Assembly (NCBI GenBank): GCA_003157015.1
Contig: PMIJ01000040.1
Location: forward strand, 1,604 to 65,603
Direction of reading: 5' to 3'
DNA: 64,000 nt
Source of the DNA: Bacteroidales bacterium
Lineage (GTDB): Bacteria > Bacteroidota > Bacteroidia > Bacteroidales > VadinHA17
The translations under genes and the position numbers were made by a program. The notes under the pieces were generated by a model. That model saw nothing but the letters and a program-made list of their open reading frames with translations, had not been told where the DNA came from and did not search any database. Below, one piece after another: positions 24,904 to 35,260 of this stretch; positions within the stretch are counted from its first letter, which is position 1, and each line of letters begins with the position of its first letter.

Positions 24904-25479
24904 TTAATTTTTGAGACACCGTACGGAATATTTATTAGACTTTTCTGTTCCATGAATATCTGCCATATCTTCTTTTCTTGAGATATCAATTACAGGCATG
25001 TCGTCAATTAAAAGATAACTGAAATATTCAGCATTGGTCTTATCATACTCAGTTGCAGTCCAGTAATAGCCACTTTCATCCATCTCAGAAAATGTACCCT
25101 CATAATCCTGCATCCCTCCCAGCTGAATACCGAATGAAAAGGGATCCGAGGTTATTTTACCCCAGCTCTTATTATGTTCAAAATTATTAATAAGAGTTTG
25201 AAATTCAGCTCCTGATGGAAGGTGCCAACCGTCAGGGCAAGTTTTCAAAGCTGTTTCCCACTCATAAAGCACACCGTATACCGGAATATTGTTTGAATCA
25301 TTATCAAAAAAGAATGCCCCGCTTTTTGCTTTGTACTTTAGATTCTCCGCCATCCAGGTAGCCCCTGCAATTGTAATGGTCCGGTAAACATTACCGTCGC
25401 GCTTATCCGTGAAAGTTGCCTGCCCGTATAAACCGGTAAAAAGGATCAGGAACAGAAAAACCGAAATTACCTTCTTCAT
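24904..25479 (-). CDS. FISUMP (Fibrobacter succinogenes major paralogous) domain protein
   Basis: The start is taken at MKKVISVFLFLILFTGLYGQ (ATG at 25479). Supporting segments: FTDKRDGNVYRTITIAGATWMAENLKY, GVLYEWETA, CPDGWHLPSGAEFQTL, GYYWTATEYD, VRCLKN. Confidence 0.8.
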   Translation of the reverse strand: MKKVISVFLFLILFTGLYGQATFTDKRDGNVYRTITIAGATWMAENLKYKAKSGAFFFDNDSNNIPVYGVLYEWETALKTCPDGWHLPSGAEFQTLINNFEHNKSWGKITSDPFSFGIQLGGMQDYEGTFSEMDESGYYWTATEYDKTNAEYFSYLLIDDMPVIDISRKEDMADIHGTEKSNKYSVRCLKN

Positions 25480-25698
25480 AAATCTTCTTTTCAAATAAGA
25501 ACTTCTGAGTCTGCATTTTTGATCAGAAATGATCACATAATACAGATGACCTGGTGCAAAATTATACCTGGTTTTTTTAAAAAACGGTTGATAAGTCAAA
25601 ATGTTATTAACCGATCACATCAAATAATCGGTATATTTTACTTCTGATTAAAGAGCCGGGTAATTTACAATTGGGAAATATTTTAGAAACCAATCGAA

Positions 25699-26133
25699 TT
25701 ATCCCTGACCCATCATGAAATCATAGACCATTGAACCGCCCATAAATCCAGTGAATACTACGGCAATAAAAGACATCAGATAAAAGCCGAAAGCTATCCA
25801 TTTTAAGCCGGTCTCCTCTTTCTTTTTTATCATCAGCCAAATTCTGAAGATGGTTCCGGCAACTATAAGAATCATTGTAACAAGTGCCCCTGTTTTATGT
25901 TTCAGGTATACGTTTAAAATCTCACCCTGAGTAGGTGCCTCAGTGAACAGATGACCGGAGGACCATCCGGCAATTGCGGCAAGTGATCCCAGCACCATCA
26001 GATAAAATCCGGTTTTTGAAAGGCACTTTTCGCTTTTAAAGAAGAGTGAAACTACTTCAACAAAAAATCCAACAGTTATCAGTGCAACCGGGAAGTGCAC
26101 TATAATCGGATGTAAGTGGTCAGTATTGAACAT
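25699..26133 (-). CDS. DUF2231-like membrane protein
   Basis: 144 aa, 4 TM helices. The N-terminal segment HPIIVHFPVALI is typical of the family as I recall it. Confidence 0.55.
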   Translation of the reverse strand: MFNTDHLHPIIVHFPVALITVGFFVEVVSLFFKSEKCLSKTGFYLMVLGSLAAIAGWSSGHLFTEAPTQGEILNVYLKHKTGALVTMILIVAGTIFRIWLMIKKKEETGLKWIAFGFYLMSFIAVVFTGFMGGSMVYDFMMGQG

Positions 26134-26346
26134 GATTGCAATAATTTTGTTAGCTCGAATATTTCTTTTCTTTCAATCATACAAAATTAGTCTATTCCAT
26201 TATAACTTTAACGAAATGAATTTATGAATAATTGTGATCATGTGAATTTATGCAGAATCTCAAAGGCCTATATTTTCAAACAGGGTTGTTTAATCTTATT
26301 AGTAAAACAATTATAAATTAATTACCTTTAACGCCTTTTAAAATTG

Positions 26347-26835
26347 ATGCAAACTCAAGTTATAATGCCAGATAAAACTGATCTGAAACCATACGGTGAA
26401 AAACAGGTTGCATTTGATAAGCGCTATCTGGAAATGGCTCTTATATGGGCGCAGAATTCATACTGTTTAAGAAGACAGGTAGGTGCGTTGCTCGTTAAAG
26501 CAAAAATGATTATTTCAGACGGATATAACGGGACCCCTTCAGGATTTGAAAACGTCTGTGAGGATGAGAATAATGCTACAAAACCATACGTTCTGCATGC
26601 AGAAGCCAATGCTATTACAAAAGTTGCCAAATCGCATAATTCAAGTGAAGGGTCAACCCTCTATGTGACAACATCGCCATGTATGGAGTGCTCAAAACTT
26701 ATAATTCAGTCTGGCATAAAAAGAGTTGTATATTGTAACAGATATCACAATACTGATGGGCTTGACCTTTTGAAGCGTGCCGGAATAGAACTGGTATATA
26801 TTGACCCTGAAAAAAACATTTATGAATTACAATAA
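26347..26835 (+). CDS. dCMP deaminase (ComEB-type cytidine/deoxycytidylate deaminase)
   Basis: Zinc motifs HAEANAI and PCMECSKLI. About 160 aa. The ATG at 26347 follows a TTG at 26344. Confidence 0.85.
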   Translation: MQTQVIMPDKTDLKPYGEKQVAFDKRYLEMALIWAQNSYCLRRQVGALLVKAKMIISDGYNGTPSGFENVCEDENNATKPYVLHAEANAITKVAKSHNSSEGSTLYVTTSPCMECSKLIIQSGIKRVVYCNRYHNTDGLDLLKRAGIELVYIDPEKNIYELQ

Positions 26836-28420
26836 CTCAAAAAGAATTGTCTTTCTCCCGGTAATTCTTGGAATTACTATGGTTCTCGGTATTATTATCG
26901 GCCGATATCTTCCTTCTAATAAGGACTTTTCAGCGCATTCACCGATCAGACCGAGGAATGATAAACTCAACAGTATCCTGAATGTCATTGAGTCTAACTA
27001 TGTCGATTCCGTAAATCGTAATGATCTGGTTGAGAGTGCCATTCCAGCTATACTTAAAAAGCTGGATCCCCATTCGGTTTACATCCCGGCAAAAGATCTT
27101 GCCCGGGCCAACGAACCCCTGCAGGGCAACTTTGAGGGAATTGGTATATCATTCAGCATGCTTACAGACACGATTCTGGTAATCAGCACCATACCGGGTG
27201 GCCCTTCCGAGAAACTTGGTCTCCTGCCCGGAGATAAAATTCTTTATGTCAATGATTCGCTTGTTGCAGGGAAACATATAGCTGACGAGAAGATTATGGG
27301 AAAGCTCAAGGGCCCCAGGGGGACGGTTGTCAAAATAAAAATACTTCGCAGCGGTCAGAAAGAACTTATCCCTTTTGAAATAACGCGCGACAAAATTCCT
27401 ATCTACAGCGTTGATGTTGATTATATGGTGAATGATCATATAGGATACATTAAGATCAACACATTTGCCATGACAACCTTCGATGAGTTTATGAAGGGAC
27501 TGCGCGAACTTAGAGATCATGGAATGACCAGTCTTATCCTCGATCTGAGAGGAAACTCAGGAGGAATCATGGAAGCAGCTGTTCAGGTGGCTGACCAGTT
27601 CCTGAAGGAAGGCCAGTTGATTGTTTATACAAAAGGCAGAGCCTCCCCGCGCAGTGATGCAAAAGCAACCGGGAAAGGCGAATTTAAGACGGGAAATCTT
27701 GTTGTACTCATTGATGAATGGACAGCATCTGCAAGCGAAATACTGGCAGGGGCGCTTCAGGATAATGACCGTGGAACAATCATTGGTCGCCGTTCTTTCG
27801 GCAAAGGACTGGTCCAGGAACCTATACCTTTCTCTGATGGGTCGGGGATGAGGCTTACAATTGCGCGTTATTATACTCCTACCGGCAGATCAATACAAAA
27901 ACCATATAAAGACGGATTTGAAAAATATTTCGATGATCTGAACCAAAGATATACTCATGGCGAATTTGAAGTTTCAGACAGTATTCATTTTTCTGATTCT
28001 CTGAAATTTACTACTCCAGGCGGACATATAGTTTATGGTGGAGGGGGGATCATGCCAGACAAGTTTGTCCCGGTCGATACTTCGGGTGTATCCCCATATT
28101 TCGTCAAGGTCAGATCTTTTATCTACAGATTTGCACTAAAATATACTGAGAATAACAGGGAGGCGCTCAAGAAATACAATGACCCGGTGCAGATGGAAAA
28201 ATATCTCGATAAACAGGCCCTTCTTGATCAGTTTATCCGGTTTGCTGCTGCAAATGGCGTCAAGGAAGATCGGTCAGGATTAAAAATATCGGGAACAATA
28301 ATTCATACTCAGCTAAAAGCATATATTGCCCGTAATATACTGGATAATAAAGGGTTTTATCCAATCTGGGAACATATTGATACCACTCTCAAATACGCGA
28401 TAGATTTTCTGAATAAATAA
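26822..28420 (+). CDS. S41 family C-terminal processing peptidase
   Basis: The ATG at 26822 gives MNYNNSKRIVFLPVILGITMVLG, a TM anchor. There is a PDZ-like segment (GGPSEKLGLLPGDKILYVND). The catalytic region reads LILDLRGNSGG...DEWTASASEILAGALQD. Confidence 0.85.
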   Translation: MNYNNSKRIVFLPVILGITMVLGIIIGRYLPSNKDFSAHSPIRPRNDKLNSILNVIESNYVDSVNRNDLVESAIPAILKKLDPHSVYIPAKDLARANEPLQGNFEGIGISFSMLTDTILVISTIPGGPSEKLGLLPGDKILYVNDSLVAGKHIADEKIMGKLKGPRGTVVKIKILRSGQKELIPFEITRDKIPIYSVDVDYMVNDHIGYIKINTFAMTTFDEFMKGLRELRDHGMTSLILDLRGNSGGIMEAAVQVADQFLKEGQLIVYTKGRASPRSDAKATGKGEFKTGNLVVLIDEWTASASEILAGALQDNDRGTIIGRRSFGKGLVQEPIPFSDGSGMRLTIARYYTPTGRSIQKPYKDGFEKYFDDLNQRYTHGEFEVSDSIHFSDSLKFTTPGGHIVYGGGGIMPDKFVPVDTSGVSPYFVKVRSFIYRFALKYTENNREALKKYNDPVQMEKYLDKQALLDQFIRFAAANGVKEDRSGLKISGTIIHTQLKAYIARNILDNKGFYPIWEHIDTTLKYAIDFLNK

Positions 28421-28623
28421 GAAGTCTGCCTGTTTGTTGAGATTGCGTCAGAAAGACCGCAACCCGGCAGGTCCACTGTAATAACCCTGAATGCTGATGC
28501 AAGTTTCTCTGAAAAACCATTCCATACTTCAGCTGATTCAAGGTAACCATGAAGAAGAACAATAACACTTCCTTTTCCGGAATCAGAATAGTGAATTCTG
28601 CCTCCTTTGAATGAAAAAAACAT
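28357..28623 (-). pseudogene. Truncated alpha/beta-hydrolase gene remnant (N-terminal ~60 aa only)
   Basis: From the ATG at 28623: MFFSFKGGRIHYSDSGKGSVIVLLHGYLESAEVWNGFSEKLASAFRVITVDLPGCGLSD. This is a typical hydrolase N-terminus. The frame then runs into the 3' end of the convergent S41 peptidase gene and stops. No nucleophile elbow is present. Confidence 0.6.
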
Positions 28624-28798
28624 ATTGATAATTATTATAATTTTGTAAAGGTAGCCAATTATCAATAAATTGGAGAGGGCGTTGTGGCGGCATGGGATTG
28701 TGATATTTAGCATAATATTGTAAATCTGATTTAATACATCTAACTTTGATAAACTTCCTTCCAGGGCAAAAAGATAAACTCTAAACATTTAATATCCA

Positions 28799-29443
28799 AT
28801 GAGTAAAGTTTTGTTTTCCTCAATAACGAAGAAATTCACAATGGCATTGGCCGGTTTGTTTTTACTCACCTTCTTACCGCTTCATCTGTCTATCAACCTT
28901 ATGCTTCTCAAAAGCGAACCCGGTCCGTTTAACGCCGCAGCACATTTTATGGCAACTTTCCCGCTGATAAAGATTATGGAAGTCGTTCTGTTTGGAGCAA
29001 TACTCATTCATATTACATATGGGATCTGGCTCCAGATCCAGAACTGGTTGTCAAGACCTGTAGGATATGTTAGTGGCAACAAATCGGAGGTATCGTTCTT
29101 TTCAAGATTTATGATCTGGACGGGAGCCATAATCCTTACTTTTCTCATCCTTCACTGGTTCAATTTCTATTTTATAAAACTTGGAATAGTTAAAGGGAAC
29201 GCGGAAGATTTTTATTCTGTAGCTCATAGCCTGTTTAAGATTCCAGCATATGATTTCATTTATCTCACCTGCTTTGCCTTGCTGGGATTTCACCTTTTTC
29301 ATGCCTTCTATTCAGCCTTCCAGACACTTGGCCTTAATCACAGGTTATGGAATCCTGTTGTTAAACCAATAGCATTGATCTATGCTATAGTTATTCCGGC
29401 AGGTTTTGCTTTTATTTCAATCTCTTTATGGTTTTTCAGATAA
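28799..29443 (+). CDS. frdC: Succinate dehydrogenase/fumarate reductase cytochrome b subunit
   Basis: 214 aa, about 5 TM helices with conserved His residues. It sits immediately upstream of the flavoprotein and Fe-S subunits, the Bacteroidota frdCAB order. Confidence 0.8.
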   Translation: MSKVLFSSITKKFTMALAGLFLLTFLPLHLSINLMLLKSEPGPFNAAAHFMATFPLIKIMEVVLFGAILIHITYGIWLQIQNWLSRPVGYVSGNKSEVSFFSRFMIWTGAIILTFLILHWFNFYFIKLGIVKGNAEDFYSVAHSLFKIPAYDFIYLTCFALLGFHLFHAFYSAFQTLGLNHRLWNPVVKPIALIYAIVIPAGFAFISISLWFFR

Positions 29444-29467
29444 ATCCAAAAAGAAAAAATTATAATC

Positions 29468-31387
29468 ATGGGAAAATTAGATTCGAAGATACCGGAAGGT
29501 CCGCTGGCAATGAAATGGACCAACTATAAAGCATCTGTAAAACTTGTCAACCCCGCGAATAAGAAAAAACTTGAAATAATTGTCATTGGGACTGGCTTAT
29601 CGGGAGCAGGAGCTTCATCAGCACTCGGTGAACTCGGATACAGTGTAAAAACATTCTGTTACCAGGATTCACCAAGAAGAGCACATTCCGTTGCAGCGCA
29701 GGGAGGAATAAATGCGGCAAAAAACTATCAGAATGATGGCGACAGCACTTATCGACTCTTCTATGATATGATAAAAGGAGGCGACTTCAGGGCCCGTGAA
29801 GCTAATGTTTACAGGGCAGCTGAAGTAAGCAACCAGGTAATTGATCATTATACTGCCCTGGGAGTACCCTTTGCACGCGATTACGGCGGGACACTCGACA
29901 CCCGGTCGTTCGGAGGGGTACAGGTCTCAAGAACTTTTTATTCAAAAGGTCAGACAGGACAGCAGTGTCTGCTTGGGGTTTATTCATCTCTGAACCGGCA
30001 GATAAAAAAAGGGACAGTTACGATGTATCCACGTCGCGAAATGCTGGATATAGTATTGATTGATGGAAAGGCTCGCGGAATTATTGCCCGCAACCTGTTG
30101 ACGGGAGAAATTGAAAGACATGCTGCACATGCAGTTGTGCTGGCTACCGGAGGTTACGGCACAATTTATTTTCTTTCAACACTTGCAGTTAATTCAAATG
30201 CTTCTGCAGTGTGGAAAGCACATAAGAAAGGAGCTTTCTTTGCCAATCCAAGCTTTATTCAAATTCATCCTACCTCGGTTCCACAACTCAATGAATTTCA
30301 GGCAAAGCTTACACTGATGTCGGAATCCCTTAGAAACGATGGACGGATCTGGGTACCCAAATTAAAGGGAGATAAACGTCCGGGAAATGAAATACCCGAG
30401 GATGAAAGAGATTATTATCTTGAACGCCGTTATCCTGCATTCGGGAATCTTGTTCCACGTGATGTTGCTTCGAGGGCAGCTAAGGAACGCTGCGATGCGG
30501 GTTATGGCATCGGTGATACCGGGCTGGCTGTGAATCTCGACTTCAGGGACGCTATCAAAAAACAGGGTAAGGAAGCTATTGAGGAGAAATATGGTAATCT
30601 TTTTGATATGTATAAAACTATCACAGGTATTGACTCATATACAGAACCAATGAGAATTTATCCGGCCGGGCATTATACTATGGGTGGTTTATGGGTTGAT
30701 TATGAACTTATGACTACGATACCCGGACTTTATGCTATAGGAGAATCCAACTTTTCAGATCACGGTGCAAACCGTCTCGGTGCAAGTTCTCTCATGCAGG
30801 CTTCAGGAGACGGATATTTTATTATTCCAAATACAATAAATAATTACCTGGCAGATGAGATAAGGGTTCCAAAAATCTCAACAGACAGACCGGAGTTTGA
30901 AGAAACTGAAAAAAGTGTAATAGAAAGACTGAATAAATTTATCTCCATAAAAGGAAAACAAACTGCTTCTTCTTTTCATAAACGGTTAGGCAAAATTATG
31001 TGGGACTATTGCGGAATGATGAGAAACGAAGCAGGGCTTAAAAAAGCACTGGTACTCATTAAGGAACTCAGAGATGAGTTCTGGCGAGATCTTAATATTC
31101 CGGGAAAATCCAATGAACTCAACCAGGAGCTTGAAAAAGCCGGAAGGGTTGCTGACTTCTTTGAACTTAGTGAGCTTCTGATAACTGATGCACTTAACAG
31201 GAATGAATCATGCGGTGCCCATTTCAGGGAAGAATATCAGACCCCGGAAGGAGAAGCTTTGAGAAACGATGAAGAATTCGCTTACGTAGCTGCATGGGAA
31301 TATGGCGGTGCAGGTAAACCTCACATCCTGCATAAGGAAGAACTTAAGTTCGAGAATGTGGAGATGAAGGTAAGAAGCTATAAATAA
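29468..31387 (+). CDS. frdA: Succinate dehydrogenase/fumarate reductase flavoprotein subunit
   Basis: 639 aa. FAD-binding segment [12 protein letters not shown]. Additional segments: [12 protein letters not shown] (covalent-FAD His region), HPT, and [10 protein letters not shown]. Confidence 0.9.
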   Translation: MGKLDSKIPEGPLAMKWTNYKASVKLVNPANKKKLEIIVIGTGLSGAGASSALGELGYSVKTFCYQDSPRRAHSVAAQGGINAAKNYQNDGDSTYRLFYDMIKGGDFRAREANVYRAAEVSNQVIDHYTALGVPFARDYGGTLDTRSFGGVQVSRTFYSKGQTGQQCLLGVYSSLNRQIKKGTVTMYPRREMLDIVLIDGKARGIIARNLLTGEIERHAAHAVVLATGGYGTIYFLSTLAVNSNASAVWKAHKKGAFFANPSFIQIHPTSVPQLNEFQAKLTLMSESLRNDGRIWVPKLKGDKRPGNEIPEDERDYYLERRYPAFGNLVPRDVASRAAKERCDAGYGIGDTGLAVNLDFRDAIKKQGKEAIEEKYGNLFDMYKTITGIDSYTEPMRIYPAGHYTMGGLWVDYELMTTIPGLYAIGESNFSDHGANRLGASSLMQASGDGYFIIPNTINNYLADEIRVPKISTDRPEFEETEKSVIERLNKFISIKGKQTASSFHKRLGKIMWDYCGMMRNEAGLKKALVLIKELRDEFWRDLNIPGKSNELNQELEKAGRVADFFELSELLITDALNRNESCGAHFREEYQTPEGEALRNDEEFAYVAAWEYGGAGKPHILHKEELKFENVEMKVRSYK

Positions 31388-31390
31388 AGG

Positions 31391-31485
31391 CACAGAGCGC
31401 AGAGCACAGAGCACAGGGCACAGAGCGCAGAGCACAGGTCAAATCCTAATCCCTATACTCTTTGTACTGAGTACTGAGCACTGAG
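31391..31485. repeat. Heptanucleotide tandem-repeat element between frdA and frdB
   Basis: Seven tandem heptads span 31391-31439: cacagag cgcagag cacagag cacaggg cacagag cgcagag cacaggt. After a 16-nt spacer, heptads tactctt/tactgag/tactgag/cactgag span 31456-31485. A T5 run follows at 31488-31492. Confidence 0.9.
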
Positions 31486-31541
31486 CATTTTTCTAAAAGG
31501 ACTATTTATTATCGATAAGGACAATATAATTTTATAAGGAT

Positions 31542-32276
31542 ATGAAGCTTACACTCAAAATATGGCGACAGAAAAATGCAAATTCAAAAGGTGACTTTGA
31601 GACCTTCCAGATGGATAATGTGTCTCCCAGGATGGCATTCCTTGAGATGCTTGATGCACTCAATAAAAGACTAGTTGAAGAGGATAAAGATCCTGTGGCA
31701 TTTGACCACGATTGCCGTGAAGGCATATGTGGTTCGTGCGGAATGTATATTAACGGACATCCGCATGGGCCTGTTCCCGCTATAACAACCTGTTCTCTTT
31801 CAATGAGATATTTTAATGATGGAGATACAATATGGGTTGAACCATGGAGAGCAAAGCCCTTTCCTGTTATCAAAGATCTCATAGTAGATAGAAGAGCCTT
31901 TGACAAAATCCAGATTGCAGGTGGATTTATTTCAGTTAATACAGGGGCTGCACCTGAGGCCAATTCAATTCTGGTTCCGAAGAGTAAATATGATGACGCT
32001 TTCGATGCTGCAATCTGTATTGGCTGCGGAGCTTGCGTTGCAGCCTGTAAGAATGCTTCGGCAATGTTGTTTGTTTCGGCTAAAATATCACAGTTCGCTC
32101 TCCTGCCACAGGGACGTATCGAGGCAAGAGACCGGGTAAGAGCAATGGTTGAGAAAATGGATGAACTCGGTTTCGGAAACTGTTCAAATACCGGAGCGTG
32201 TGAAGCAGAATGTCCAAAAGAAATCAAACTTGCTAATATTGCCAGGCTTAACAGAGAATTCTTCAAAGCTTTCTGA
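31542..32276 (+). CDS. frdB: Succinate dehydrogenase/fumarate reductase iron-sulfur subunit
   Basis: 244 aa. Cluster ligands: [11 protein letters not shown] (2Fe-2S), [11 protein letters not shown], and [12 protein letters not shown]. Confidence 0.9.
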   Translation: MKLTLKIWRQKNANSKGDFETFQMDNVSPRMAFLEMLDALNKRLVEEDKDPVAFDHDCREGICGSCGMYINGHPHGPVPAITTCSLSMRYFNDGDTIWVEPWRAKPFPVIKDLIVDRRAFDKIQIAGGFISVNTGAAPEANSILVPKSKYDDAFDAAICIGCGACVAACKNASAMLFVSAKISQFALLPQGRIEARDRVRAMVEKMDELGFGNCSNTGACEAECPKEIKLANIARLNREFFKAF

Positions 32277-32306
32277 AAGAATTATTTGATTGGATAAATC
32301 CTTATT

Positions 32307-34037
32307 ATGAATCGCAAGAGATTCGTTGAAATTTCCACAGGATTCGCCGGTGCTTTCGCAACGATTCCCTTTTCGGGCCTTTATGAAATTTACCATCCTT
32401 CAGAAAAGAGTGCTGGTTCGCAGGATAATGCAAATGAACTTTCTGCCGATCTGGTAATCTGCGGGGGTGGACTCGGAGGATGTGCTGCAGCTTTGGCGGC
32501 CTTGCGTAATAATTTAAAAGTTATTTTAACCGAAGAGACAGATTGGGTCGGAGGGCAACTCTCACAACAGGGTGTGCCTCCCGATGAGCATCCGTGGATC
32601 GAGACTTATGGAGCCACACAACTTTATCGCGATTTTCGAAATTCCATAAGACTTTATTATAAGCAGAATTATCCCCTCACGCAAACGGCCAGGGCTGATA
32701 ATTATTTAAATCCTGGCGACGGTTCTGTTTCAAAACTGTGTCATGAACCGAAGGTTGCAATGAAAGTGCTCCTTAATATGCTGACCCCTTTCATTGAATC
32801 AAAGAGATTAATCTTATTGACTGATTATAAAATTGTGTCTGCTGATGTTGCTGGAAATAAAGTCAGGTCATTAAAAGCAGTCCATCAAATTCAGGGAAAA
32901 AGTATATTACTTACGGCATCATATTTCATAGACGCCACTGAGCTGGGAGATCTCCTGCCGCTTGCAGGTACCGAATTTATAACGGGTGCCGAATCCCGGA
33001 ATATAACACGGGAATTGCATGCACCTGAAAAAGCAAATCCTGAGAGTAACCAGGCATTTACGGCATGTTTTGCGATGGATTATATTCCGGGAGAAGACCA
33101 TTTAATAGAAAAACCGCGTGATTTTGATTACTGGAGCAATTTTAAGCCTGATCTTAAACCATCATGGCCTGGGAAACTCCTGGATCTTCACTACTCAAAT
33201 CCGGCCACACTAGAAACAAAAGAACTCGCTTTCAACCCTGAAAAAACTGATACCTCACCACTTTTAAACCTCTGGACCTATCGGAGAATAATTAACAAAA
33301 ATAATTTTAAACCCCTGACTTTCCAGAGTGATATCACTATAGTCAACTGGCCACAGAATGATTTTATGAGCGGAAATCTGATAGGCGCAGGCCCTGAAGA
33401 GTTTAAGAAATTAATTGAAAGTTCCAAACAATTGAGCTTATCACTTTTGTACTGGTTGCAGACTGAAGCACCGCGCCCCGGTAATGGTCGTGGCTGGCCC
33501 GGCCTTCGTCTCCGGAAGGACATAATGGGTACGGAAGATGGGCTGGCAAAATATCCGTACATACGCGAATCAAGACGCATAAAGGCGTTGTTTACAATTC
33601 TCGAAGAACATGTAGGCAGGGAAAACAGATCTCTTATAACCGGGAAAAACAATAATACCGCTGCTGATTTTTATGACAGTGTAGGTATCGGATATTATCA
33701 TATTGATCTTCATCCCTCCTGTACAGGGAATAATTACATTGATTTTGATTCTCTCCCTTTCCAGATACCACTTGGTGCATTAATTCCGGAACGTATTGAA
33801 AACCTTATACCTGCAAATAAGAATATCGGTACAACGCACATTACAAATGGCTGTTATCGCCTTCACCCGGTGGAATGGAACATTGGGGAATCTGCAGGGT
33901 CGCTGATCGCCTTTGCAATGAATAAAAAAGTCACACCGGCGAAAGTTCGTGAAAATAAAAATCTGCTTTTAGATTTTCAGAATCTGATCAGGTCTCAGGG
34001 AATTGAAACCAGCTGGCCTGGAATGCAGGAAAAATAA
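32307..34037 (+). CDS. FAD-dependent oxidoreductase (FAD_oxidored-type, PUL-associated family)
   Basis: 576 aa. Dinucleotide fold DLVICGGGLGGCAAALAALRNNLKVILTEETDWVGGQ. The N-terminal segment MNRKRFVEISTGFAGAFATIP is a possible export signal. Confidence 0.7.
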   Translation: MNRKRFVEISTGFAGAFATIPFSGLYEIYHPSEKSAGSQDNANELSADLVICGGGLGGCAAALAALRNNLKVILTEETDWVGGQLSQQGVPPDEHPWIETYGATQLYRDFRNSIRLYYKQNYPLTQTARADNYLNPGDGSVSKLCHEPKVAMKVLLNMLTPFIESKRLILLTDYKIVSADVAGNKVRSLKAVHQIQGKSILLTASYFIDATELGDLLPLAGTEFITGAESRNITRELHAPEKANPESNQAFTACFAMDYIPGEDHLIEKPRDFDYWSNFKPDLKPSWPGKLLDLHYSNPATLETKELAFNPEKTDTSPLLNLWTYRRIINKNNFKPLTFQSDITIVNWPQNDFMSGNLIGAGPEEFKKLIESSKQLSLSLLYWLQTEAPRPGNGRGWPGLRLRKDIMGTEDGLAKYPYIRESRRIKALFTILEEHVGRENRSLITGKNNNTAADFYDSVGIGYYHIDLHPSCTGNNYIDFDSLPFQIPLGALIPERIENLIPANKNIGTTHITNGCYRLHPVEWNIGESAGSLIAFAMNKKVTPAKVRENKNLLLDFQNLIRSQGIETSWPGMQEK

Positions 34038-34166
34038 TCAATAAACAAGTTTCTGTATTTAAGATATTGTATATTTGTCAGGGGACAGTATTTACCATAT
34101 CGGAGAAATAACCATTGCATAAGATTTTCCTGTTACGATCATTTAATCCTTATAATATTTAAATCC

Positions 34167-35258
34167 ATGAAAAAAGAGCAATCACGCCGTGATTTCCTCA
34201 CAAAATCGGCATTAGCTGGAATGGCCACACTGGCAGTTCCAATAGCTTCATGTGCAGGTAAGGAAAATATTCCTGCGCCTGTAGTCTATCCCGAGTCGAA
34301 ATTAATAGTACCTAAGGGAAATGCTTTGACTATCACAGGTACCTTTCTTGATGAGATATCGCATGATATACCTCATCAGAACTGGGGAGAAAAAGAGTGG
34401 GATATTGAATTCGGCCATATCAAAGCAATAGGCATTGATACTGTGATAATGATACGTTCAGGTTATCGGAAATTTATCACTTTCCCTTCAGAATATTTGC
34501 TTAAAAAAGGGTGTTATATGCCTTCAGTTGATTTACTCGAGTTGTTCTTGCGCTTAGCTGCCAAGTACAGCATGAAGTTTTATTTCGGTTTATACGACTC
34601 CGGAAAATACTGGGACACAGGCGATATGTCATGGGAGGTGGAAGACAATAAATATGTCATAGATGAAGTCTGGAAAAACTATGGGAGTAAATTCAAAAGT
34701 TTTCAGGGATGGTACATAAGTGGTGAAATAAGCCGGAAGACAAAAGGAGCCATCGGAGCATTTCATGCCATGGGTAAACAGTGCAAAGATGTTTCGGGAG
34801 GTCTTCCTACATTTATATCACCCTGGATTGATGGTAAAAAAGCTGTAGAGTCTGCTTCGGGGGACCTGACAAAAGCAAAATCAGTGTCGGTTCAGCAGCA
34901 TGAAAAAGAATGGGGAGAAATATTCGATGGGATACATGATGTTGTGGATGCTTGCGCTTTTCAGGATGGCGACATTGATTATGACGAACTCGATGCATTT
35001 TTCTCAGTAAATAAGAAACTTGCAGATAAATATAAAATGAAATGCTGGACAAATGCTGAAACCTTTGACCGTGATATGCCTATCAGATTTCTTCCGATAA
35101 AATTTGACAAGCTGAGGCTAAAACTTGAAGCTGCCAAGCGTGCGGGTTACGATAAAGGTATCACATTCGAGTTTTCCCATTTTATGAGTCCACAGTCAGC
35201 TTATCTCCAGGCAGGGCACCTGTATGACAGGTATAAAGAATATTTTAATATTAAATAA
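34167..35258 (+). CDS. Tat-exported lipoprotein, DUF4434-like putative glycoside-hydrolase-fold protein
   Basis: 363 aa. Twin-arginine motif SRRDFLTKSALAGMATLAVPIASC, with a lipobox Cys. The family label is from memory and uncertain. Confidence 0.5.
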   Translation: MKKEQSRRDFLTKSALAGMATLAVPIASCAGKENIPAPVVYPESKLIVPKGNALTITGTFLDEISHDIPHQNWGEKEWDIEFGHIKAIGIDTVIMIRSGYRKFITFPSEYLLKKGCYMPSVDLLELFLRLAAKYSMKFYFGLYDSGKYWDTGDMSWEVEDNKYVIDEVWKNYGSKFKSFQGWYISGEISRKTKGAIGAFHAMGKQCKDVSGGLPTFISPWIDGKKAVESASGDLTKAKSVSVQQHEKEWGEIFDGIHDVVDACAFQDGDIDYDELDAFFSVNKKLADKYKMKCWTNAETFDRDMPIRFLPIKFDKLRLKLEAAKRAGYDKGITFEFSHFMSPQSAYLQAGHLYDRYKEYFNIK

Positions 35259-35260
35259 TT

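Noticed and set aside
25480-25698. Short inverted repeats (TGATCA-gaaa-TGATCA near 25530; ACCGAT...ATCGGT near 25610-25640) as regulatory sites or a terminator
   Set aside because: The stems are only 6 bp, with long loops or no U-run, and there is no second copy or obvious regulator. This is too weak to call.
31532-32266. 244-aa minus-strand ORF exactly mirroring frdB
   Set aside because: This is a shadow ORF. The plus-strand frame carries unmistakable Fe-S subunit cysteine motifs, and the antisense product is a low-complexity Ser/Ala/Leu-rich sequence.
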